Shown here in pieces: positions 1 through 8,281 of a stretch of DNA of 32,000 nucleotides. The notes under the pieces were generated by a model, which was not told the DNA's origin, made no database searches, and saw nothing but the letters and a program-made list of their open reading frames with translations. The translations under genes were made by a program, and so were the position numbers. Numbering within the stretch: position 1 is the stretch's first letter; the number at the start of each line of letters is the position of its first letter. The DNA is from Candidatus Iainarchaeum sp. (lineage in GTDB: Archaea; Iainarchaeota; Iainarchaeia; Iainarchaeales; CSSED10-239): positions 6,418-38,417 of the forward strand of contig JBBISB010000001.1 in assembly GCA_037441475.1 (NCBI GenBank). Reading direction: 5' to 3'.

Positions 1-105
1 ATTAAAGAAGAAAAGATTAAAGAAGAAAAGATTAAAGAAGAAAAGATTAAAGAAGAAAAGATTAAAGAAGGAAAGATTAAAGAAGAAAAGATTAAAGAAA
101 AAAGT
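1..105 (+). repeat. 15-bp in-frame tandem repeat (attaaagaagaaaag), about 6 copies plus a diverged one
   Basis: Read directly; encodes IKEEK units. One copy has GAA to GGA. Confidence 0.95.
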
Positions 106-240
106 TCTTCTGAAAAAATAAAATCTAAAAGAGAGAGTTTCTTAAAAGAATTATTTTTAAGAGATTCTAAAATAAAAACAATTAAGCCTAAAAAAGGGTA
201 TCCTATGATGAGTCCTCCAAAAAGAAAAAGACCAAGATAG
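1..240 (+). CDS. C-terminal part of a lysine/glutamate-rich protein entering from the left edge
   Basis: Frame 1 is open from base 1 to TAG at 238-240. Translation begins (IKEEK)n and ends ...KIKTIKPKKGYPMMSPPKRKRPR. Confidence 0.6.
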   Translation: MKEEKIKEEKIKEEKIKEEKIKEGKIKEEKIKEKSSSEKIKSKRESFLKELFLRDSKIKTIKPKKGYPMMSPPKRKRPR

Positions 241-272
241 GCTTTTTAAAGAGTTTTTCTTATTATTTATTT

Positions 273-1835
273 ATGCTTGACTTATCAAAAATACCAATAG
301 ACCCTGGTTGTTATCTTTATAAAGATAAAAATAACATGATAATCTATATTGGTAAGGCTAAAAACTTAAAAAAAAGAGTTACAAGTTATTTTACAAAAGA
401 AGATTTAGACCCAAAGACCTTAGCTTTAGTTGAAAACATCTCCTCAATTGACTTTATAGTTACAAAAAACGAACTTGAGGCTCTTTTGCTTGAAAACAAT
501 TTAATTAAGAAGCATAAACCAAGGTATAACATCATCTTTAAAGACTCAAAAGAATACGCTTATCTTTTCTTAACTAAAGAAAAGTTTCCTAGATTATTTA
601 TCTTAAGAGAAAAACCAAAAGAAAACCAAATAGCTTTTGGTCCTTTTACTTCTGCTGAAAAAAGAGATAATCTCTTAAAGTATGTAAACAAATACTTTAA
701 ACTAAGAACATGTAAAACCTTACCAAAAACACCATGCATAAGGTACCATATAGGACAATGTTCTGCTCCGTGCATCTCTATGGTTTCAAAAGAAGAGTAC
801 ATGCAGACAATTGAAACAATCTCTTCTCTTTTAAAAGGAAAAACTGAAATTGTTTTAAAAGAACTAAAAGAAAGAATGTCTAAGTTTTCAAAAGAAAATA
901 ACTTTGAGTCTGCTTTAGTTTTAAGAGACCAAATAAACGCCATTGAATATCTATCTTTAAAACAGAATGTTGAAAAAACAAAACTTTATAATCAAGATTT
1001 AATTAACTATATTTTACATAAAGAAAAAGCCTATTTTGTTTTATTTAATATCTCTAAAGGAATACTTCTAAACAAAAAAGAATTTTCTTTTGATATCTTT
1101 GAAGAAGAAACTCTTCTAGATGATTTTATTTTAAAGTATTATTCTGAAAAAGAAACTCCTTTAGAGGTTATTGTTCCAAAAGAAGTTCAAGCCTCAACTA
1201 TTGATTTTTTTAAAAAGAAAAATAAAAAAATAAGCTTTATATTCCCAAAATCAGGAGAAAAGAAAGAACTTCTTGATTTTGCATATAAAAACATAGAAAT
1301 TAAATTCTTAGAAAACACTTTTGCTTTAGAAGACTTAAAAGGTGCTTTATCCTTAAAAGAAGTTCCTAAGATTATCGAGTGTTTTGATATTTCTCATCTT
1401 TCAGGAAAGTTTACTGTAGGCTCTATGGTTCAGTTTAAGGATGGAAGAGAGAATAAAAAGGAATATAGAAGAGTTAAGATTAAATCTTTTGAAGGGAACA
1501 ATGATTTTTTAGCAATTGAAGAGATTGTAAAAAGAAGATATTTAAGAGTTTTAAAAGAAGGAAAAGATTTTCCTGATCTAATTGTTATTGATGGGGGAAA
1601 GGGACAACTTTCTTCTGCAAAGAAAGCCATTGATTCTTTAAACCTTTATAAAAAAGTAAATTTAATCTCTCTTGCAAAAAAGGAAGAAGAAATTTATCTT
1701 GAAGACAACTTAATTCCTCTTAAACTTTCTAAAAAGTCAAAAGCCTTAAAGCTTTTACAAAGGATAAGAGATGAGACTCATAGGTTTGCTATTACTTACA
1801 ATAGGCTTTTAAGAAAAAAAGATATTAGGAAATAG
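273..1835 (+). CDS. uvrC: Excinuclease ABC subunit C, without a recognisable C-terminal HhH domain
   Basis: GIY-YIG start (PGCYLYKDKNNMIIYIGKAKNLKKRV), CSAPC motif, C-terminal nuclease motifs (FDISHLSG, VIDGGKGQLSSA, RDETHRFAITYNR). Confidence 0.95.
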   Translation: MLDLSKIPIDPGCYLYKDKNNMIIYIGKAKNLKKRVTSYFTKEDLDPKTLALVENISSIDFIVTKNELEALLLENNLIKKHKPRYNIIFKDSKEYAYLFLTKEKFPRLFILREKPKENQIAFGPFTSAEKRDNLLKYVNKYFKLRTCKTLPKTPCIRYHIGQCSAPCISMVSKEEYMQTIETISSLLKGKTEIVLKELKERMSKFSKENNFESALVLRDQINAIEYLSLKQNVEKTKLYNQDLINYILHKEKAYFVLFNISKGILLNKKEFSFDIFEEETLLDDFILKYYSEKETPLEVIVPKEVQASTIDFFKKKNKKISFIFPKSGEKKELLDFAYKNIEIKFLENTFALEDLKGALSLKEVPKIIECFDISHLSGKFTVGSMVQFKDGRENKKEYRRVKIKSFEGNNDFLAIEEIVKRRYLRVLKEGKDFPDLIVIDGGKGQLSSAKKAIDSLNLYKKVNLISLAKKEEEIYLEDNLIPLKLSKKSKALKLLQRIRDETHRFAITYNRLLRKKDIRK

Positions 1836-1901
1836 TAATACAGACCTCTTTTTAAATCTTTGTGCACTTAATATATATATGATATGCACACGAGGTGAGT
1901 T

Positions 1902-2159
1902 ATGGAAAGTAATATTAATGCTAGAATAAAACTTAACAATTATTCTAATAGAGTCTTTGGTGTTATTAAATCTAAATATGATCTTAAGGATAAAAGTGAA
2001 GCAATAAATAAATTTGTTGAGCTTTATGGTCCTAATGAAGTTGATTTAGAAATTAAAGAGGATTATATAAAAAAACTTAATGATATTCAAAATAAACATA
2101 TTAAAAAATATGGTGTTAAAAAAATGAGTAAAAAAGAATTAGATAAATTATTTGAATAA
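1902..2159 (+). CDS. DUF2683-like antitoxin candidate
   Basis: 85 aa, NYSNRVFGVIKSKYDLKDKSEAINKFVELYG...EDYIKKL matches the archaeal DUF2683 pattern; strong Shine-Dalgarno (cgaggtgag) upstream. Confidence 0.65.
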   Translation: MESNINARIKLNNYSNRVFGVIKSKYDLKDKSEAINKFVELYGPNEVDLEIKEDYIKKLNDIQNKHIKKYGVKKMSKKELDKLFE

Positions 2160-2161
2160 TT

Positions 2162-2467
2162 ATGACTTTTAGTTTTGAAATTTCTGATTTTTTAAAAGAA
2201 AAGATAATTAAGTTAAAGAAAGATCCAGTTTTAAAAAATGCAATTTATAAAAAGATTAATGAAATTATTGATTCTGATGAATTTACTATTCTTCACTATA
2301 AGTTTTTAAGATATGATAAATTAAATAGACAAAGAGTACATATATTAAAAAGCTTTGTTTTAACTTTTGTATATCTTAAAAAAGAAAAACATATTATTTT
2401 CCTTGATTTTGATCATCATGATAATGTTTATAAAAATATCAGAGTATTTAATTTTTATTTCATATAA
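2162..2467 (+). CDS. RelE/YafQ-like toxin candidate
   Basis: 101 aa starting 2 nt after the antitoxin candidate; pattern of helices followed by RQRVHILKSFVLTFVYLKKEKHIIFLDFDHHDNVY resembles RelE-superfamily toxins. Confidence 0.6.
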   Translation: MTFSFEISDFLKEKIIKLKKDPVLKNAIYKKINEIIDSDEFTILHYKFLRYDKLNRQRVHILKSFVLTFVYLKKEKHIIFLDFDHHDNVYKNIRVFNFYFI

Positions 2468-2715
2468 GGCTCGCAGATAAACCAAGCCTCTTCCATTTCC
2501 TTTCTTGCATTCTCTAAATGCTTAGAACATTCTTCAAGTCTTTTTGCTAACTTCTTTCTATCTCTTTTAAAATCAGCTACAGATTGTTCCTTAATATTTT
2601 CTTTTAAATATTCTATAAATTCAGCTGTTTCTTTATATCTTAAAAAACCAACTTCATTTGCAAGTTCTTTAAAACTTCCAGGGTATTTTTTAATCTAAGT
2701 TAAATGTTCCTTCAT
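2455..2715 (-). pseudogene. Small unknown helical protein interrupted by an in-frame TAG at codon 7
   Basis: MKEHLT*IKKYPGSFKELANEVGFLRYKETAEFIEYLKENIKEQSVADFKRDRKKLAKRLEECSKHLENARKEMEEAWFICEPYMK. ATG overlaps the TGA of the upstream gene (ATGA). Confidence 0.5.
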
Positions 2716-3791
2716 ATCTTCTCAAGCTTAATAGTTATAATTTCATTTCTAGTTCCTAAACGAACCTTAGGTCCCCAAAAGTTAGTTCCTTGGCTTACAA
2801 TTATTTTCATATTTTGATACTCATAAAGTCCTCTATAGTAAGGATATATTGCTTTAACTAAAAGAGTGATTGGAAAGGCTTGTCCACCATGAGTATGTCC
2901 TGAAAGCATGAGATCAATTCCTTTTTCTTTTGCTATAGGTACATCAATTGGTTCATGGTATAGAAGAATATTATAATTTTCATTTTTAATTTCAACTTTA
3001 GAAAGCTCTTTTTTTAAAAAACCTTCTTCTCTAGAATATCTAACACCAGTAAAAACAATATTTTTATTTTCAAAACTATTAGTGTCAAGATAAATAATTT
3101 TACAATTATTTAAAATATCTAAAACTCTTTCTTCTCCATACATTAAATCGTGGTTACCATGAGCATAGATAACAGGGATATTATACTTGTTTGTAATCTC
3201 TAAAGTATCAAGGGATATTTTTCCAGGTCTATCAAAAAGATCTCCTGTAATAACAATATAGTCTGGTTTGTTCTTAATTGCTTTTTTATAAACATTTTGA
3301 AACCTATTTTTAGAGTTTACACCAAATAAATGAAGATCAGATAAATGAACAATATTAATATTCTCTGTTATTTTATCACTTTTTATTATTATTTCTTTTT
3401 GATTATAGCTTAAAGCGTTTATAAAAGAATAAACAAATAAAAGTAAAGTTATGATTATTATAATAAATGCAAAAGTACTTCCTAGTATCTTAATCTTTAG
3501 AATATACTTTATTACCTCTAAAATAACAGTTACAAGAATAAACATTAAGGCTAAAGCAAACAAAAGGTATGAACCATTGTAAAGTCCTTGTGTAAAATAG
3601 TTGCTAAAACTTTCTTGTAAGAAGTTACTTAGTAAAACAAGGCCAAAAATAATTAAAGAAATAATTAAAGGATTAATGATATTTTTCATTCCAAAATAAA
3701 AATATAGTCTATTTATGGAAAAATAAAGTCCAAAGAAATATATTGCAAAGAAAACTAAGATTATTGTAAAGAATAAGAGTATTGATTTCAT
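2712..3791 (-). CDS. Membrane-anchored calcineurin-like metallophosphoesterase
   Basis: N-terminal TM helices; motifs LSDLHLFG, VITGDLFDRPG, YAHGNHD, LSGHTHGGQ. Confidence 0.9.
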   Translation of the reverse strand: MKSILLFFTIILVFFAIYFFGLYFSINRLYFYFGMKNIINPLIISLIIFGLVLLSNFLQESFSNYFTQGLYNGSYLLFALALMFILVTVILEVIKYILKIKILGSTFAFIIIIITLLLFVYSFINALSYNQKEIIIKSDKITENINIVHLSDLHLFGVNSKNRFQNVYKKAIKNKPDYIVITGDLFDRPGKISLDTLEITNKYNIPVIYAHGNHDLMYGEERVLDILNNCKIIYLDTNSFENKNIVFTGVRYSREEGFLKKELSKVEIKNENYNILLYHEPIDVPIAKEKGIDLMLSGHTHGGQAFPITLLVKAIYPYYRGLYEYQNMKIIVSQGTNFWGPKVRLGTRNEIITIKLEKI

Positions 3792-3959
3792 AGACCATCA
3801 TTTTTTTGTATATATAATATGTAATACACAAGTATATATTTCTTTCTTTAAATATATTTTTTAGAATTATAAATCTTATTTTCTTTTAAATATATGAGTA
3901 ATATATCATATTTTTATAAACATTTTCCTGCCATAGATATATATTAATGTGATAATTAT

Positions 3960-4964
3960 ATGTATGAAGAAAGAATATTAAAAGAAATTAAAAAACTTAA
4001 AGAGAAACTTACATTAGAGAAAGATTCTCCTCTTGCTTTACAGATACCTGAAGGCTTAAAGCAATATGCAACAGAAATTTTAGAAGAATTAAAAGATTAT
4101 AAACCAGTTTTATTTGTAGATCCTTGTTTTGGTGCATGTGATATTAAAGATCAAGAGGCTATTAATTTTGGATGTAAGGCATTAGTTCACATTGGGCATA
4201 ACTACATGAATAAGCCTTTGATAAAAACTTATTTTGTACCTGTTGGTTATATATTTTCAAAAGAAGAAAAAGAGTTTATATTTTCAGAGATTAAAAGACT
4301 AAATTTAAAAAAAATAAACTTAGTTACAACAACAAACTTTTTAGATGAAATTTTAGAAATTAAAAAAGATTTAATCTCTTCTGGTATTGAAGTTTTAGAT
4401 TCAAAAGAAAGTATGCATGTTAGAAAGCATATGGTTTTAGGTTGCGACTCTTCAACAATCATTGATACTGAAAACCCAATTATCTATGTAGGAGATGGTG
4501 TTTTCCACCCTAATAACCTAGGTTTTGTTTTTGAAAAAAGAGATATCTATGTTATTAACCCTATTTTAAGAGAAACAGTTAAGCTTGATATTAATGATAG
4601 GTTTGTAAGACAGAGATATGGTTTAGTTGCAAAAGCCCTAACTTCTAAAAGTTTTGGTATTTTAGTAAGCTCTAAGCATGGACAGTTTAGGTTAAGGTTT
4701 GCAAGACATATCCAAGAAAAGTTAGAGAAGTTAGGTAAAAAAACATATATTTTTGCTTCAGATTATATTAAGGAAGAGTATATCTTAGGTATGAAGATTG
4801 ATTGCTATGTAAATATTGCCTGTCCTAGAATAGGGTATGATGATTTCCAAAACTTTAAAAAACCAATAATTACCCCTCAAGAGGTTAGTTTACTTGAAGA
4901 TATGACAAAGGAGTTTAAGGTTGATCAGATAAGGGAGCTTGAAAATTATTATTCAAGAGAATAA
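3960..4964 (+). CDS. dph2: Diphthamide biosynthesis enzyme Dph2 (archaeal Dph1/Dph2 family)
   Basis: LQIPEGLKQYA, VDPCFGACDI, MVLGCDSS, NIACPRIGYDD motifs with three conserved Cys regions. Confidence 0.92.
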   Translation: MYEERILKEIKKLKEKLTLEKDSPLALQIPEGLKQYATEILEELKDYKPVLFVDPCFGACDIKDQEAINFGCKALVHIGHNYMNKPLIKTYFVPVGYIFSKEEKEFIFSEIKRLNLKKINLVTTTNFLDEILEIKKDLISSGIEVLDSKESMHVRKHMVLGCDSSTIIDTENPIIYVGDGVFHPNNLGFVFEKRDIYVINPILRETVKLDINDRFVRQRYGLVAKALTSKSFGILVSSKHGQFRLRFARHIQEKLEKLGKKTYIFASDYIKEEYILGMKIDCYVNIACPRIGYDDFQNFKKPIITPQEVSLLEDMTKEFKVDQIRELENYYSRE

Positions 4965-5011
4965 TTTTTTTTTAAAAAAAATAAAAAAATTAGGAAAGAA
5001 AAAGAGAAAAC

Positions 5012-5290
5012 CTAGTCGTGGCTTCCAATCTCTTTGTCTGTGAAAAGATAATCTTTAAGTTCTTTTGCAAAACGAGAATCATTTCTTCTAAGCCACTCAA
5101 TAAGCATTGCTGCATGTTCCTTTTCTTCATCTCTATTATGTTCTAAGATTTTTTTAAGTTCAGGATCATTAGTTGCATCCGCTCTTTGTTGGTAAAAGTC
5201 AACAGCCTCAAGCTCTTCTCTTAAAGAATCAATTGCTCTTCTAAGGTTTAATGTTTTTTCTGAAAGTTTTGATGTTTCTTCATATGTCAT
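5012..5290 (-). CDS. Encapsulated-ferritin-like (EncFtn) protein
   Basis: ELEAVDFYQQRADATNDPELKKILEHNRDEEKEHAAMLIEWLRRNDSRFAKELKDYLFT is characteristic of EncFtn. Confidence 0.9.
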   Translation of the reverse strand: MTYEETSKLSEKTLNLRRAIDSLREELEAVDFYQQRADATNDPELKKILEHNRDEEKEHAAMLIEWLRRNDSRFAKELKDYLFTDKEIGSHD

Positions 5291-5369
5291 AATTTACGTT
5301 TCACCTCAAATATTTTTGTCTAATAGTATATAAGATGAAAGTTTATTTAAAGATATAAGGTTTTAACAA

Positions 5370-6120
5370 ATGTTTAAAAAAGAAGATAAAAGAATTGTTG
5401 TTGGAGTCTCTGGTGGAGTTGACTCTATGGTATCTTTAGTTCTTTTAAAGAAACAAGGATATATTCCTATAGCAGTATCTTTAGCCTTACCTATATGGGA
5501 AAGCCCTAAAAACATAGATACAGAGAATGCTTGTTGTACCATTGATTCCATAAACTTAGTTTCTTTAGTATGTAAGGACCTAGGTATTGAGCATTTTGTT
5601 TATGATGTTAAAGAAGAGTTTAAAGAAACTGTTGTTAAGTATTTTTTAAAAGAACTTAAAAATGGAAGAGTTCCAAACCCTTGCATTCACTGTAACCTAG
5701 AGCATAAGATTAAACATTTAATAGAGTGGGCTGATAAGAATAATATTGAAAAAGTAGCAACAGGACATTTTGCTTCTAAAAGATATAATAAAAAAAACAA
5801 AAAGTTATGAGCTTATAGAAACTAAAGATAAGCTTAAGTACCAAACATATATGCTTTCTATGCTTCCACAGGAATGGATTAAAAGGCTTGAGTTTCCAAT
5901 CTCTTCTTTAACAAAAGAAGAAGTATGCTTGATTGCTGGGGAAAGTAACTTAGATGTTTTTGTTAAAAAGAAACAAAGTCAAGATTTTTGTTTTGCAAAC
6001 AAAAGCTCATTAACTGAGTTTATTAAAGATAGTTTAGGAGAAAATCCTCGTCCAATCTATTACGAAGATGGAAGATATCTTGGACAGCACAATGGACTTT
6101 TTCTTTTGATAAAGTTTTAA
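5370..6120 (+). pseudogene. mnmA: tRNA-specific 2-thiouridylase MnmA, frameshifted near 5790-5808 and lacking its C-terminal domain
   Basis: First ORF has VGVSGGVDSMVSLVLL, NPCIHCN, GHFASKRY; second ORF has TKDKLKYQTYMLSMLP, KKQSQDFCF, GRYLGQHNGL. They join across an A-rich homopolymer run. Confidence 0.85.
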
Positions 6121-6242
6121 TTGGTATATTTTTAATAGCTATTATTGGGCTTATAATGGAAGAATTAGTTTTTAAAAAGATAGAAAAGGCAACCTTAGTT
6201 AAATGGGGTAATATTTCTTATAAGTTAAGTTTTATGGCTTAA
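6099..6242 (+). pseudogene. C-terminal remnant of an ABC-transporter permease (SsuC/TauC-like)
   Basis: Alternate frame reads FSFDKVLIGIFLIAIIGLIMEELVFKKIEKATLVKWG..., typical of a nitrate/sulfonate permease C-terminus; it starts where MnmA similarity stops. Confidence 0.55.
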
Positions 6243-6348
6243 TCTTACCCTTTTTAACCTTTTTCTTGTATATTATATATATGAGATTAAAATCAGATAT
6301 TTCTTATTCTTATATTTTTAAAAACAAATAACGGAGTGTGATTTTTAA

Positions 6349-6969
6349 ATGAGTGAAAACAACATTAATCAATTTGGAGAGCTTCCATATGCGTATGATG
6401 CTTTAGAGCCATTTATAGACAAAGAAACAATGAGTGTTCATCATAAAAAACACCATAGAGCATACTATGATAACTTCATAAAAGCAATAACAGGAACTTC
6501 TCTTGAGAATCTGGCTGTTACTGAAATATTAAAAGACTTATCTATCTTACCAGAGGATAAAAAGCAAGCAATTATTAACAATGGTGGAGGATATTTCAAT
6601 CATAATTTCTTTTGGGATATAATGACTTCTTCATCTACTAAAAAACCATTAGAGCTTCTAGAAAAAGAGATTATTTCGTCTTTTGAAAGTTTTGAAAACT
6701 TCAAAGCAAAATTTAAAGAAAAGGCTTTAACTTTATTTGGTTCTGGTTGGGTATGGCTTGTTTTAAATAAAGAAGGAAAACTTGAAATTATTCAGACAAG
6801 AAATCAAGATTCAGTAATCTCTTTAGGCTTAAAACCAATCTTGGCTTTAGATGTTTGGGAGCATGCATATTATCTTAAATATCAAAACAAAAGAGCTGAC
6901 TATGTTGATGCGTTCTGGAATGTTTTAAACTGGAAGCAAGCAGAGTATCTTTTTAATAGCTATAAATAG
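6349..6969 (+). CDS. sod: Fe/Mn superoxide dismutase
   Basis: LPYAYDALEPFIDKETMSVHHKKHHRAYYDN, NHNFFWDIM, GSGWVWLV, LDVWEHAYYLKYQNKRADYVDAFWNVLNW. Confidence 0.96.
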   Translation: MSENNINQFGELPYAYDALEPFIDKETMSVHHKKHHRAYYDNFIKAITGTSLENLAVTEILKDLSILPEDKKQAIINNGGGYFNHNFFWDIMTSSSTKKPLELLEKEIISSFESFENFKAKFKEKALTLFGSGWVWLVLNKEGKLEIIQTRNQDSVISLGLKPILALDVWEHAYYLKYQNKRADYVDAFWNVLNWKQAEYLFNSYK

Positions 6970-7045
6970 TTATTTTATTTTTTTACCTTGGATATTTAAG
7001 AAAAGTGGTGTTGTCCAGGGTAAAGGCTTTTTATTTAGAATTATG

Positions 7046-7243
7046 TTACAGATCTTTTTTTTCAATTATTTTTAATTCAGTAAAAATAACTTCTGGAACT
7101 TTTTTTCCTTCTAAGATGTCAATAGCTCTTAAAAGCATGTTTTTTCCTATTTGATCTGTTGATTGTGAAACAGTTGTACTCATTTTATTATTATTTATTG
7201 CATCTAAAGCATCTTCAATACCATCAAAACCAACAACCTTCAT
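7046..7243 (-). pseudogene. C-terminal fragment of a periplasmic sugar-binding protein (ABC type)
   Basis: VVGFDGIEDALDAINNNKMSTTVSQSTDQIGKNMLLRAIDILEGKKVPEVIFTELKIIEKKD matches only the end of RbsB-type proteins. Confidence 0.7.
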
Positions 7244-7416
7244 AGTTTCTTTCTTTTGATTTTTTTAAAGTTTCATTTAGTTTTCTTCTATTTTTTGTAG
7301 GATTCTCTCTTGTGTGTTTTATTGATTGAGATATTGATGGATTTTTTCTTATTGGTATATTTATTCACATTTAATATATTTATAGTGTATTAAATAATAT
7401 TTATAAATTATTTGTT

Positions 7417-7431
7417 TTTCTCGGCCATTTA
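7417..7431. repeat. Left copy of 15-bp direct repeat TTTCTCGGCCATTTA
   Basis: Exact match to 8199-8213. Confidence 0.85.
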
Positions 7432-7559
7432 CCCTTTCTTTAAAAAATAATTAATACTTATTCTAACTATATATTTTAGTAGATAGTTTATAGTTATCTA
7501 TAGATAATAGAAAGGTTTAAATAGTTTTTAGGGCATAAATATATTACCTATTATTTAAG

Positions 7560-7829
7560 GTGTATATTATGGAAAAAAATATTCTTCATTATCCTAACTT
7601 AAAAACTGTTCTTGAAGTTGAAAAAATAATTAAAGAGTCTCAATTGCCTTTGACGAGATATAAAATAATTAAAAAATTAAACAATAAAGTTATGAAATCA
7701 ACTCTTAATGTTATTATTTCATATCTTGATAACAGAGGATTAATTTTAGATGGCTCTAAAGGCATTATTTGGACCTTTCAATTTAAAGATAAACTTAAAG
7801 AAAGGATTAAAGATGGTCTTGTTGTATGA
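7560..7829 (+). CDS. Winged-helix protein, likely antitoxin or partner of the adjacent RelE-like gene
   Basis: LHYPNLKTVLEVEKIIKESQLPLTRYKIIKKLNNKVMKSTLNVIISYLDNRGLILDGSKGIIWTF; TGA overlaps the next ATG (ATGA). Confidence 0.65.
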   Translation: MYIMEKNILHYPNLKTVLEVEKIIKESQLPLTRYKIIKKLNNKVMKSTLNVIISYLDNRGLILDGSKGIIWTFQFKDKLKERIKDGLVV

Positions 7830-8191
7830 AAGTAGTAAAAATTATTTTTGAGGGCGATGCAAAGGATGAATATTTAAAATTAAACTCAATTGTTAATTAA
7901 GAAATAAAAATAGGTATTAAGAAAAGTGAAAACCAAACTTTATTAAAATCTATTAATTTTAAGATTGAAATTTTAAAAAATAATCCTCAGGCCGGAAGAG
8001 CAGTTAAAAAATCATTAATACCTTTAAAATATAGAAAAAAAGAGATTACTAATTTATGGATACTAAACTTATCTAATTTTTGAAGATTACTATATAATAT
8101 TCAGACAGATGAAGTTATTATTTTTTGTTTTATTTTAGAATATGGAGATCATAATAAATATAATTATTTATTTGGTTTTAAAAAGAAGTAA
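7826..8191 (+). pseudogene. RelE/ParE-superfamily toxin with in-frame TAA (7898-7900) and TGA (8081-8083)
   Basis: 122-codon frame: MKVVKIIFEGDAKDEYLKLNSIVN*EIKIGIKKSENQTLLKSINFKIEILKNNPQAGRAVKKSLIPLKYRKKEITNLWILNLSNF*RLLYNIQTDEVIIFCFILEYGDHNKYNYLFGFKKK. Confidence 0.75.
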
Positions 8192-8198
8192 ATTCTTA

Positions 8199-8213
8199 TT
8201 TCTCGGCCATTTA
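8199..8213. repeat. Right copy of 15-bp direct repeat TTTCTCGGCCATTTA
   Basis: Exact match to 7417-7431. Confidence 0.85.
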
Positions 8214-8281
8214 ACGATTCCAAAACAAATATATAAAATAAAGTAGATTATATATATGTATATTATTAAAAATAGGCAAAT

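Noticed and set aside
1-105. Short tandem array as a CRISPR or telomere-like element
   Set aside because: Contiguous 15-bp coding repeat without spacers.
560-943. Minus-strand ORFs inside uvrC (560-943, 1430-1630)
   Set aside because: Shadow ORFs opposite a strongly recognised gene.
2695-2697. Pyrrolysine at the TAG codon
   Set aside because: uvrC and dys, among others, end in TAG, and no pyl genes or methylamine methyltransferase context is visible.
7826-8191. Alternative genetic code (UGA = Trp) or programmed recoding
   Set aside because: The same frame also carries TAA, and the rest of the window reads normally under the standard code; decay is simpler. Kept as something to check only.
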